The notes below the pieces were generated by a model. It ran no database searches, was not told the DNA's origin, and saw only the letters and a program-made list of their open reading frames with translations. The position numbers and the translations under genes were made by a program. This document shows positions 1 to 11,324 of a stretch of 35,997 nucleotides of DNA, in pieces. The DNA is from Octopus sinensis (taxonomy: Eukaryota), in the NCBI RefSeq assembly GCF_006345805.1, contig NW_021826275.1, positions 1-35,997 of the forward strand, written 5' to 3'. The stretch's first letter is position 1, and each line of letters opens with the position of its first letter.

Positions 1-120
1 AGGATTTAAAGAGCTGTGGTCCTCTAAACCCAAGCTGTTGCAGTATCTGGACCTGTATTTTGATGGTGATGTTGGAACTCCTTGGCACCACGCAGCGGCG
101 CCCCGTTTTGTGCGGTTGGA
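1..120 (+). CDS. Possible exon fragment running off the window start; product unknown
   Basis: Unique, more GC-rich sequence. Frame 2 is open (GFKELWSSKPKLLQYLDLYFDGDVGTPWHHAAAPRFVRL) up to GA|GTAACT at 120/121, followed by microsatellite. No family recognised; a minus-strand frame is also open. Confidence 0.2.
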
Positions 121-840
121 GTAACTTTGAATGCCAAAGATATATAATCTATGTATTTATGTATGTATGCCATGCATTATTATATTATCAAATATTCTTG
201 TTGAATAAATGTACATATATAGAAGTGTTTGTTTTCATGTGTGTACGTAAATAGTAGCATAGAAATAGGTGTGTGTATGTGAGTCTCTGTGAATGTGTGT
301 GGTGCATAGATAAATATACATACATATAAATATATATGAGCATATGCATACACACATATACATGCATACTAATGTATATACTCTCAGAAATGCATACATG
401 TGTATATACATACGTATATGCATGTATGTATATAATGTATGTATATATATGTATGTATGTATGTACTAAATAACTAAACTACAAATTATACAACACATTC
501 CGTACCTTTCAGTGATCCATTCCTAATTGGTTTTTAGAGATAACGGTGGAGCGGGAGGAGTGCTGGGTGGGGGGCGTGATCTGTAGTAGAGTTGCTACTA
601 GGTGTAGTGTGTGAGGTGATGGTGGTAGTGGAGGTAGTGACAGTGTATAGAAGAAGTGGAACCTGCGGTAGTATTGTTGTTGTTATAGTTGGCGGTGGTG
701 GTTGAGATTGTAGCCGTGACGGATTTCGTGGTGGCAGTGTTCATACCAGTGGTGGTAGTACTGCTAGTTATTGGTGATGGTGGTGGGGGTGACAGTGGTG
801 GTGGTGGTATTGTGTGGGTATAAGAACTGTTGAGTAATTC

Positions 841-985
841 GTGGCTGTGGGGTACTTCCTAAGCTCATGGTTCCGGGTTCGATCACACAGCAAACCTAAC
901 TTGGGCAAGTATCTTCTGCTATAGCCTTGTGTTGACCAAAGCCTTGTGAGTGGATTTGGTAGATGGAAACTGAAAGAAGCCCATC
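841..985 (+). mobile_element. SINE family A (tRNA head + CORE-like block), 5' half
   Basis: GTGGCTGTG...GGTTCGATC...TTGGGCAAGT...GTAGATGGAAACTGAAAGAAGCCC, matching the full copy at 34376-34788. Confidence 0.8.
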
Positions 986-993
986 ATGTATCT

Positions 994-1130
994 TGCTTCA
1001 ACAACCACATGGTTCTGGGTTGAGTCCCACTGCTTGGCACCTTAGGCAAATGCCTTTTACTATATCCGTGGGCCGATCAATATGCTTTGTGGGTTGATTC
1101 GGTAGACAGAAACAGAAGAATACCGTCTTA
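994..1130 (+). mobile_element. SINE family A, 5' half (left arm of fold-back palindrome)
   Basis: AACCACATGGTTCTGGGTTGAGTCCCACTG...GGCACCTTAGGCAA...GGTAGACAGAAAC. Confidence 0.8.
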
Positions 1131-1158
1131 TTATATATACAATATAATATATATTATA

Positions 1159-1210
<52 letters not shown>

Positions 1211-1232
1211 ACAAATATATATATATATAATC

Positions 1233-1267
<35 letters not shown>

Positions 1268-1496
1268 TTATATATATATATATATATATATTACATATAT
1301 ATATATATATGATTATATATATATATATTTGTATATATATATATATATATAATATATATATATTATATATTTATATTTGTATATATATATAAGACGGTAT
1401 TCTTTCTGTTTCTGTCTACCGAATCAACCCACAAAGCATATTGATCGGCCCACGGATATAGTAAAAGGCATTGCCTAAGGTCCAAGCAGTGGAACT
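1023..1496. repeat. ~474-bp near-perfect palindrome centred on a (TA)n tract
   Basis: 1390-1496 is the reverse complement of 1023-1130, including private substitutions. Interruptions inside the TA tract (ACAA, TAATCA) are mirrored too. Confidence 0.9.
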
Positions 1497-2147
1497 AATT
1501 CTTTGTCTCGCTCTGCACTCACAGGTCATTCTTCGACAACCCATCCCTTCTCCTCTCTGATTCCTTCTTTCTCTCTCTTCTCTCTCTTTGTTGCGTTGTC
1601 CCGCTCCTCTCTCTCTCTCTTCCTTTGCTTCTCTTTCTTTTCTTTTCCCTCTTCTCTGTCACGTGACTGTTGGCCGAAATCTGCCTTTCAGCTCCTGACC
1701 CTCGTCGTGTTAACATCGTTGTTTTTCGTCCGCCGCTATAAAGGCTTCTTCCAATGCGCCAGAGAGAGAAAAATTTTGTTTGCTTGTTATCAGTCGTAAG
1801 ACACTTGTTGTTTTCACCACCGTTATTCTTCTGTATTTTTCATGTTTTCTGTATTCCATTATTGTTTTTGTTTTTTTTATCTGTCCCTTTTGCTGTCCTG
1901 GTGTTCGTATGCATTCGATCCTTCTTCCAGGAAATCTACGCTTCCAGCTTAGTTTTTCTAATGCTCGTTGCTTAGTTTTTCTTGGAGGGCTGGCTGTGAT
2001 CTAGTAATCTCAAGATTAATCAGCCGAAATTACTACGATGATCCGGTTCTTGACTGAAGACTGAGGGTTCGAGTGTCCTGTCCGTGTTTATTGTGTCGTC
2101 TTCTAAGAGTTATACGTTCTTGTCCATGTTGTATTTTTCTACATACC

Positions 2148-2186
<39 letters not shown>

Positions 2187-2188
<2 letters not shown>

Positions 2189-2366
2189 CGGGAAAGTTTA
2201 CGAAAATAAACAAAAGACGAAGGTAGGTGGAGTACAAACAAACAAATGTATTAGTATAGCGCTCAGAAATAGAAATAGAACAAGTCTTTTACGTTTCGAG
2301 CCTACGCTCTTCGACAGAAAGATACACAGAAAAAAACAAGGAGAGAAACAAGGAGAGAAAAAATGC
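2187..2366 (-). mobile_element. Penelope-like element terminal (pseudo-LTR-type) fragment
   Basis: Inferred from the embedded minimal hammerhead motif typical of PLEs. No RT or GIY-YIG coding sequence is seen. Confidence 0.45.
2285..2322 (-). ncRNA. Minimal type I hammerhead ribozyme motif (core variant CUGUCGA)
   Basis: Minus strand UCUUU-CUGUCGA-A-GAGC(GUAG)GCUC-GAAA-CGU-A-AAAGA: 5-bp stem I, 4-bp stem II, palindromic ACGU stem III, GUA cleavage triplet. A6 of CUGANGA is U. Confidence 0.65.
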
Positions 2367-2628
2367 GTGTCATCTCTTGTGAAAGGTAGGAGAGTCCAGT
2401 TTGCTGGACATTGTTGTAGAGCTGAAAAAGAAGTAATTTCTACTCTTCTCCTCTGGAAGCCATCTACTCGCAACACCAGAGGGCGCACACTCTCCTACCC
2501 TGATGTAATCTCCAGGGATACAGGCATCCAGCAACAGGACCTCCGTAATGCTATGATGGACCGTGAAGTCTGGCGCAACATGGTAAATTCCATTGTCTCG
2601 ACCACGGTCGAACAATGATGATGATGAT
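2367..2628 (+). mobile_element. RTE-X-type LINE, 5'-truncated 3' end
   Basis: Encodes SLVKGRRVQFAGHCCRAEKEVISTLLLWKPS...LSYPDVISRDTG...AMMDREVWR. Stop at 2616-2618 runs straight into a (TGA)n tail. Confidence 0.85.
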
Positions 2629-2636
2629 CATGGCGT

Positions 2637-2668
<32 letters not shown>

Positions 2669-2696
2669 ATCATATATATTGATTGATGTGTCCCTT

Positions 2697-2915
2697 TCTG
2701 TGTCTGTGTTTGTCCCCCACCATTGCATGTGTCAACCGATGCTGGTGTGTCTGTGTCGCCGTACCTTAGCGGTTCGGCAAAAGAAACCGATAGAATAATT
2801 ACTAGGCTTACGAAGAATAAGTCCTGAGGTTGATTTCTTCAACTAAAAATCCCTTTAAGGCGGTGCTCCAGCATGGCCGCAGTCAAATGTCTGAAACACG
2901 TAAAAGAATAAAAGA
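2697..2915 (+). mobile_element. SINE family A, 3' half
   Basis: TTAGCGGTTCGGCAAAAGAAACCGATAGAATAA...GGCGGTGCTCCAGCATGGCCGCAGTCAAATG...TAAAAGAATAAAAGAA. Confidence 0.85.
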
Positions 2916-2930
2916 ATGTGTGTGGGGGGG

Positions 2931-3056
2931 GGATTTAAGAGAAATCTTTCTGAGGTAAGAAGGCAAAATAAAACGTATTTGCGTTACGGCTTCAGAAGTC
3001 ATCGACGTTGCTTCTCAGTTTCTTCATTAACGCCGATGCCAGAGCATGCAGGTATA
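2931..3056. repeat. Unclassified interspersed repeat, copy 1 (copy 2 at 5726-5850)
   Basis: Shared GGATTTAA...TTTGCGTTACGGCTTC...CAGTTTC(T/C)TCATTA(A/G)CGCCGATGCCAG. Confidence 0.65.
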
Positions 3057-3247
3057 TCTGCATGTATGCATGTACAGAGGAACATTGGTTTACGAAGGCC
3101 TCTCTTGAATTTCGTATTGGAAAAATAGTTTCGGCTTACGAACATTTCCGGTGACAAACAGTCTTCAGAAACTGAAGTTGTAAATTGAGGTTCCACTGAC
3201 GATATATATATATATATAGATCTCATCCCCATTGCTTGTTTTTGATA

Positions 3248-3418
3248 GGCGTAGGTGTAGCTGTGTGGTAGGACGCTTGGTCCCCAACCTCATGGTTCCG
3301 GGTTCAGTCCCATTGCTCGGGACTTTCGGTGTCTTCTGCGATAGCCTCGGGCCGACCAAAGCCTTGAGTGGATTTGGTAGACGGAAACTGAACGACGCCC
3401 GTCGTATATGTGTGTGTG

Positions 3419-3471
<53 letters not shown>

Positions 3472-3685
3472 TGGTGTTTGTGTGTATGTGTCTGTGTTTG
3501 TACCCCCACCATCGCTTGACAACCGATGTTGGTGTGTGTACGTCCCCGAAACGTTGCGATTCGGCATAAAGGACCGATAGAATAAGTAATAGGCTTACAA
3601 AGAATAAGTCCTGGGGTCGATTTCTTCGACTGAAAGCGATGCTCCAGCATAGCCGCAGTCAAATGACTGAGAAAAGTAAAAGAAA
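3248..3685 (+). mobile_element. SINE family A, full length with internal (TG)n
   Basis: tRNA-like head with B-box GGTTCAGTCCC, central block, TG tract, 3' half and AAAAG tail. Confidence 0.9.
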
Positions 3686-3697
3686 TGTTTCAGAGCA

Positions 3698-4149
3698 TTT
3701 ACTTGCTACAGTCATTTGACACCGGTCATGCTGGGGCACCACCATGAAGGGTTTTTTAGTCAAACAAATCGACCCTAGGACAAAATTCTTTCAAGCTTAG
3801 TACTTAATCTATCAGTTTATTTCGACGAACTGCTAGGTTACAAGGACGTAAACACGCCGGTTGTGAAGCGGTGGTGGGGATGTCAAGCACAAACACGAAG
3901 ACACGCGCATATATATAATTATATGTGTATAAAATCCCTGGAGATGAATATCATGATCGAAATGGTCAGTGGCAAGACAGGAAGAGTTCGACCAAGAACC
4001 CGCTGGTTTGACACCATCAAGACTGATACCGGAATGGACATAGCCAATCTGAAAGAAGCGGCCCAGCATAGAACTGACTGGAGGACACTGATCCATCGAG
4101 TAACCGAGAGTCGACTTCGACTGAGCGGATAAGAGAGATATGAATATAT

Positions 4150-4194
<45 letters not shown>

Positions 4195-4342
4195 GACAAG
4201 ATCCTTTCAGTTTCCCGCCAAGCAAATCCATTCACACCGCTTTGGTCGGCCCAAAGCTGTAGTAAAAGTCACATACTGGGACTGAACCCAGAACTATGTG
4301 GTTGGGAAGCAAGTTTTTTATCACACAGCCACTCCTGAGCCT
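3698..4342 (-). mobile_element. SINE family A interrupted by an RTE fragment (3' half 3698-3910, 5' half 4193-4342)
   Basis: Both halves are on the minus strand, in collinear order around the internal microsatellite. Confidence 0.75.
3932..4135 (+). mobile_element. RTE/BovB-type LINE 3' end
   Basis: Encodes KSLEMNIMIEMVSGKTGRVRPRTRWFDTIKTDTG...LKEAAQHRTDWRTLIHRVTESRLRLSG*, the typical RTE ORF C-terminus. Confidence 0.85.
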
Positions 4343-4345
4343 GTG

Positions 4346-4377
<32 letters not shown>

Positions 4378-4625
4378 TGTATGTATGTATGTATGTATGT
4401 ATGTATGTATGTATATATATATATATATGGGTTCTAGTAGCTTATCAACTAGAGCACTCAAACCACATACCTCTTAGCTTAGATCACCAGTGACCTAAGC
4501 ACTTCCTCTTCTAAACATTTATATATATACATATATATAATAAGTTGTTAGCGTAAAATTCCAATTTCCTGTTTTGTTTTTAATTTGTTTTGTATATATA
4601 TGTTTGTGTATATATATAATATATC

Positions 4626-4656
<31 letters not shown>

Positions 4657-5365
4657 AACATAATATATACATATATTATATATATATATATACACGCATA
4701 CACATACATAGATACACATATTTGCATATTCATGCATATATGTATATATACATATTCGAATATAAATATATATTTATACATACATATATGATATATAACA
4801 TATATATATACATGAATGTATATATATATATATATAAAGTGTGTGTATATATATATAAATATATACATATATGTATATATATATATAACATTTTACAAAT
4901 TTGTGGCACTGTTAGTTTGAACGGATCTTCGGAGGTGAAAAGTCGCCAAAAGGGTATGCTTCTACTTTCAGTGTTTACAAATCCGAATTAAGAAATTTTG
5001 AGCTGACGAAAGAAATGTCGAATTGTATTTGGCTGATCTAGAAACGTACGTTCTCAAATAATCTTTGCACTTGTGATTTTTTAATGTTTTTACCCCCATA
5101 CCTTCGTGGGTTATTTTGAGTAAGCACTATCTGAGAGAAATTTTCTTTAAGTATTAGAAATGGCTAAAAAAATTTTTTTTGGCTGCTATTTCTAAAGAGT
5201 TCAGTATGTGGCAAATATATTATTTTACTAAGCCCTTTAAAAATGTAATATTTTGAATTCGCCTTAATGGTCCCTTTACATACTGAATACTTGGTGAAAT
5301 TGATTAATAATTAATTAATTTTACCCTCAATTGTTGAAATGTATATATATATATATATAATATAT

Positions 5366-5422
<57 letters not shown>

Positions 5423-5593
5423 TATTAACACGTGTATACACACATAATGTATGTGCTTGAGTGTTTATATATACATTATATACATATACGCAAGCACACA
5501 TCCATCGCATCATACATCCCAAGTACGAAATTACATTTTCATACCTACACACACATACACACACACAGCTATGCACAAGCCTCTGTGTGTGTG

Positions 5594-5653
<60 letters not shown>

Positions 5654-5725
5654 TTTGTTTGGTGGTGAAGGCGGTGGTCAGGCTTCAATAAAAGGGCGTG
5701 TTTAAAATATGAGTATATATATCTT

Positions 5726-5850
5726 GGATTTAAAAGCAATCTTTCCATGCTAGGAAGACAAAATAAAGTGTTGTTTGCGTTACGGCTTCCGAAATCTTCG
5801 GCGCTGCTTGGCAGTTTCCTCATTAGCGCCGATGCCAGCGCATGGATATA
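5726..5850. repeat. Unclassified interspersed repeat, copy 2
   Basis: Aligns by eye to 2931-3056. Confidence 0.65.
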
Positions 5851-5877
5851 TATGCATTAACGTATACATATATATAT

Positions 5878-5925
<48 letters not shown>

Positions 5926-6231
5926 ACACCTTATATGGTGTGTATACAGCATACGGTTTCCGTGAACAGAAGAAAAATGAGAATTCGGTGGCTTGTATAT
6001 TAACTATATGTATGTATATGTGTTTCTATACGTGTATATATATATATATATATATATACATACGTGTGTGTGTGTGTATGTGTGTATGCGCAAGCATATA
6101 TACACTGATCTTCTCTGATGTATTTATCCAACTATCGTTCTCTTCGTCTCTAACTTAATTCCATCTGCTTTGCCCATAACTATATCTATCAATCAATCTC
6201 TCTCCCTCTCTCTCTCTTCTCACTCTATATA

Positions 6232-6268
<37 letters not shown>

Positions 6269-6829
6269 GCATACACGTACTAACATACACACATACATAC
6301 TAACATACACACGTACATACATACATACATATACATGCATACAAGCATGTATATCTATATATGGTTCCAATAATAATCGCAAGTAAACATACGAACCTTC
6401 TCATATGCATACAAGCACACACACACACACACATTTATGGACACACACACAACATACACGCGCACGCGTGCAAACCCAACTCCGACACAAACACATCCAT
6501 ACACACCGAGCATACGCATGCGCTTCGATACTACAAAATAACTGTCTAACTAACATGACACTATCTCTGTTATATTTATTCAACAAACAAGCCACAATCT
6601 CCATGTTTGTACAAACTCCATTAGATCTACGGACTGTGGAGATTCTTAGGCCTTCATAACGCTCTTATCTCGCTTGTCTTTACTTTCCGTCTTCCGCCAT
6701 TGTTAAAGAAGACGACATGAAAAAAAAGTCAATTTTCTGCTTCCGGTTGGCGTTCCTATGTTTCGAGACTGCGCGTGTACTAGTACATAGAACTATGTGG
6801 TTACCATTGCTGCTGCTTCTACTTGTATA

Positions 6830-7310
<481 letters not shown>

Positions 7311-7470
7311 AATCCTTATATGTCACACATGAAACAGTGAAGAGATACGTTTCTATTCTACGTGCATATTTTACATCCACACTTTAAACACACACATACA
7401 CGATAGAGAGGGACTACGAAGATATTTATGGATAGAATTTCAAGAGAAATCCTCTTGCTTCCAAACGCAA

Positions 7471-7679
7471 CATTGGCTTCAAATTTTGGCAGCAAGTTGG
7501 AGGAAGGGATTAAGTCGATTACATCGATCCCCAGGGCTTGACTGCTGCTTATTTTATCGACACCGAGGGGATAAAAGGCAAAGTCGACCTAGACGAAATT
7601 TGAACTCAGAACGTTAAGATGGTGGAAATGCCGCTGAGCACTTCACCCGGGCTGCTAACCATTCTGCCAGCGCCCTGCC
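7471..7679 (-). mobile_element. SINE family B (tRNA head, Sauria/Meta-like central domain), monomer
   Basis: TAAGTCGATTACATCGA...AAAGGCAAAGTCGACC...AATTTGAACTCAGAAC; B-box GAGTTCAAAT on the minus strand. Confidence 0.8.
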
Positions 7680-7730
7680 TTACCTCAAAACGTCATATTA
7701 AAACCCATCAGAATATATTTCTGTTATTAT

Positions 7731-7955
7731 TTTATTCTTTTACTTGTTTCAATCATCTCACTGCGGCCATGCTGCAGCTCCCCCTTAAAGGGCTTTTTTA
7801 ATCGAAGAAATCGCCCCCCAGGACTTATTCTTTGCAAGCCTAGTACTTATTCTATCGGTGTCTTTTGCCGAACCACTAAGTTACGTGGACGTAAATTCAC
7901 TAACATTGATTGTCAAGCGAAGTGGGGGTACAAACACAGGCACAAAGACACGCAC
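7731..7955 (-). mobile_element. SINE family A, 3' half
   Basis: Reverse complement of the family A 3' half. Confidence 0.8.
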
Positions 7956-7996
7956 ACACACTCACGCACGCACACACACACATACACACATACATA

Positions 7997-8938
7997 TATT
8001 GTGAGAAAAAATAAGCTGGTGTAGAACTCAATATATATATTCTTCAGAACGAAGTGTTCGTCGAGTACAGAGCGGTAATAAGAATATATGATGACAAAGG
8101 AACTTCATTACCTTACAGCTGTTTCTGATAACAGTTGCAGCGGACTCATATTCGAGTTACACACCTGTAACTTGGCGGTTCGGCAAAAGACACCAATAGA
8201 ATAAATAGTAGGAGCTTTATTTAGGTCAACGATCGTTTCGGCTTACTTCTGTACTGCTCCTTAGTGGGTGTGGAACGATGTAATGAATCGAGTGTACCCC
8301 ATAGTGAGAAAAGAAACCTGAACCCGGGACCAAGTGGTTGGGAAGCAGGTTTGTTACCAAACAGCCATGCCCGCACCTATACAGCCATGCCTGTGCCTAT
8401 ACCTTAAAAATGTTATTAACTAAAGTTGCAAGAATCAGCTGTCTTATAAAATATACTCAAGTAATGACACACTTAAGTCGTTCAAGGACACTCGGACGTG
8501 GGAAAACCTGGATTCCTAGATTTCATCCTCCTCATATTTGCTTTCTCATTGGTAATACCTTCCTGTGTGTATACTTAAAGGTATTTGTTTTCCCAAATAT
8601 ATTACACTTCATTTAAGTTATTTTATAAGAAAATGATATGACAAACAAATAAGCAATTATCTTATGAACTGCATTAGCTTACAGTTGTTTATTACATGCA
8701 GCATACTCATAGTTGAGGGCCTAAGAAATAGCTCTTCGTATTTGAGACTCCAATGAGGATATGAGTCGTTACTCACGTACTCAAATATGTGTCTACGGCA
8801 CTGTTAGCAGAAACAGCTGTAAGGCAATGAAGTTCCTTTGTCATCTTATTTTCATATTATCGCTCTGTACTCGAATCACACTTCGCTCTGAAGAATATAT
8901 ATATTGAGGTCTACACCAGCTTTTTTAGTCTCACAATA
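7997..8938. mobile_element. Element bounded by ~160-bp diverged inverted repeats (7997-8160 / 8777-8938); possible non-autonomous DNA transposon
   Basis: Both arms read TATTGTGAGA...AAGCTGGTGTAGA.CTCAATATATATATTCTTCAGA...GATGACAAAGGAACTTCATT.CCTTACAGCTGTTTCTG inward. TA is at both outer ends. Confidence 0.6.
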
Positions 8939-9084
8939 TGTCTGAGCGAAATATTAAAGCACACGCAAATACACACACACATACATACATACACACCACA
9001 CACACACACATGTATATGAAGATATGCAAGTTTGCAATTATATGTACATGTGTGTGATTTTATTAACGTCTGCGTGCACAAGCA

Positions 9085-9196
9085 TGTGCGTGCGTGTGTG
9101 TGTGTGTGTATGTATGCGTGTACGTGCGTGCGCGTTGCGTGCGCGCGTGCGTGCGTGCGCGCGTGCGTGCGTGCGCGCGTGCGTGCGTGCGCGCGT
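9085..9196. repeat. CG-rich alternating purine-pyrimidine tract (GT/GCGT/16-bp GCGCGCGTGCGTGCGT)
   Basis: Directly visible. Confidence 0.85.
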
Positions 9197-9916
9197 TTTG
9201 CCAAGTCCCTGGTTACCAATTATACAACGCTACCTGAAACTCCATATTGTTTTGTTTATTTTAGTGTCAGTTATGTTTATGTAATGCGAGAATAATACGC
9301 ACATATATATACACATATATATATATAAGTATGTATGTATATGAACGCATGGATGGATGAATGTATATGGGGATGTGTGGGGGAGACGGGAATGGAGACA
9401 CAGAAAGGTAAACAAAGAGATAGTGAAGTAGAAAGACAAATGGATATATAAATACATAAAGATAGGTAGATGGATGGATATATAAATAAATAGACACGTA
9501 TATGTATATATACTTATATATGTGTATATACATACATATGCACACAAAAATATGTAGATATATATATATACATACACAGTAAAATATGAATACGAATAAA
9601 GAGAAAGGTATTCAATCGAGGAAGATATACACGCATACATACGGACATACATACATATATGTATATCCGTACACGTACTCTATATTGTGTGCGTATATAT
9701 ATATATATACAAACACAGAATCAATTTAATATATATACGAATATAGATATGTACATAACAAAATAATTTATATATATATATTTTATATATATAACGTGTG
9801 TGTACATAACTTATATATTTATCTGTTTAATGAATTATAATGTTTGTATATATATATATATATGCATATATATGTATATATGTAAATATATATGTACACA
9901 CACATACACACATATA

Positions 9917-10001
<85 letters not shown>

Positions 10002-10254
10002 GTATATGTGGTGGTATGCGAATATGAATGTATATTTATAGATACTTCGAAACTGTACGCAATATCGTCATCGCTTACCAATATAACTAAAGCACCACAC
10101 AATCCTTCTCACACACACACACACACACACATACAGGGGCACACACTTAACCGCCACCTACCGTCAAAATCAACAACGATTATCAACAGCGAAATCTTTT
10201 CGACATTGCCGTGCTGGAATCTTTTTTACCTTGGAGTCCCACCATGAAAACAAT

Positions 10255-11060
10255 CATTGGGAACCCCGCCTCCACCACCGTCACCACCGCGGCCACCACC
10301 CTCACCACCATCCTTAATACTTCAGCAATTGCAACGGCCACCATCATCACCGCCATCATTACTACTAACGTTGCCAGCATCCTCAATACCGGCTCCCAGC
10401 ATCACCACCACATCCACCATCATCCTCACCATAGCGACTGACACTAACAGCCCCACATCACACCAACCACCAACACCACCACCACCACTACCACCACCAA
10501 CACCACTAACACCACTACCACCACCACCAACAACAACAACACCACTACCAACACCACCACCACCACCACTACCACCAACAACACCACCACTACCACCACC
10601 ACCACCACCACTACCACCACCACCAACACCACTACCACCACCACCAACACCACTACCACCACCACCACCAACACCAACACCACCACCACTACCACAACTA
10701 CCACCACCACCACCACCACCACTACCAACACCACCACCAACAACACCACCACCACCAACAACACCACCACCACCACCACCATCAACACCACCAACACCAC
10801 CACCACCACCACCACCACCATCAACACCACCATCACCACCACCACCATCGTCATCATCAATGCTATTCTCGTCGTCGTCGTCGTCGTCCTCATCATCGAC
10901 ATTATCATTGTTATTATTTTCATCATCAAAACCGTCGACATTCTTATCATCAACGCCAGCCACTTCCTCCTCCCCTTCTTCTTCTTCTTCTTCCTTTTCC
11001 TCCCATATCATAATTCATCATCATCATCATCATCATCATCATCGTCGTCGTTGTCGTCAT
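10255..11060. repeat. Degenerate (ACC)n/(CAT)n/(TCG)n/(TTC)n trinucleotide field
   Basis: Directly visible; source of the Pro/Thr, Gly/Val and poly-Val pseudo-ORFs. Confidence 0.9.
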
Positions 11061-11168
11061 CGTAGTTGTCCTCATCAGAATGTTACTCTGTTATTACAGG
11101 GATCAGAAGGAAAACAATTATTTCTAGTTTCTAAGGCACCGAAGAAAAAGATTGCTCTATCATCTCAT

Positions 11169-11260
<92 letters not shown>

Positions 11261-11324
11261 CATCTCGACTCTCTCTTCCTCATTCTTTCTTTTGTTCTTT
11301 TTTCTCCCTACACACATACCCGCA

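Noticed and set aside
506-830. Minus-strand Thr/Pro-rich mucin-like exon ending at AAG|GTACGG
   Set aside because: All three frames contain stops before the donor; the sequence is degenerate (ACC)n.
1985-2070. GGCTG/CAGCC hairpin + GAAA, and CTGAAGA at 2054
   Set aside because: The core and stems do not assemble into a type I, II or III hammerhead. Region 1640-2147 left unclassified.
5000-5050. CTGACGA at 5003 and GAAACGTA at 5041
   Set aside because: No adequate stem II or stem I pairing.
5775-5835. Minus-strand CUAAUGA...GAAG hammerhead-like fold
   Set aside because: Two core mismatches and a broken stem I; not preserved in the 2931 copy.
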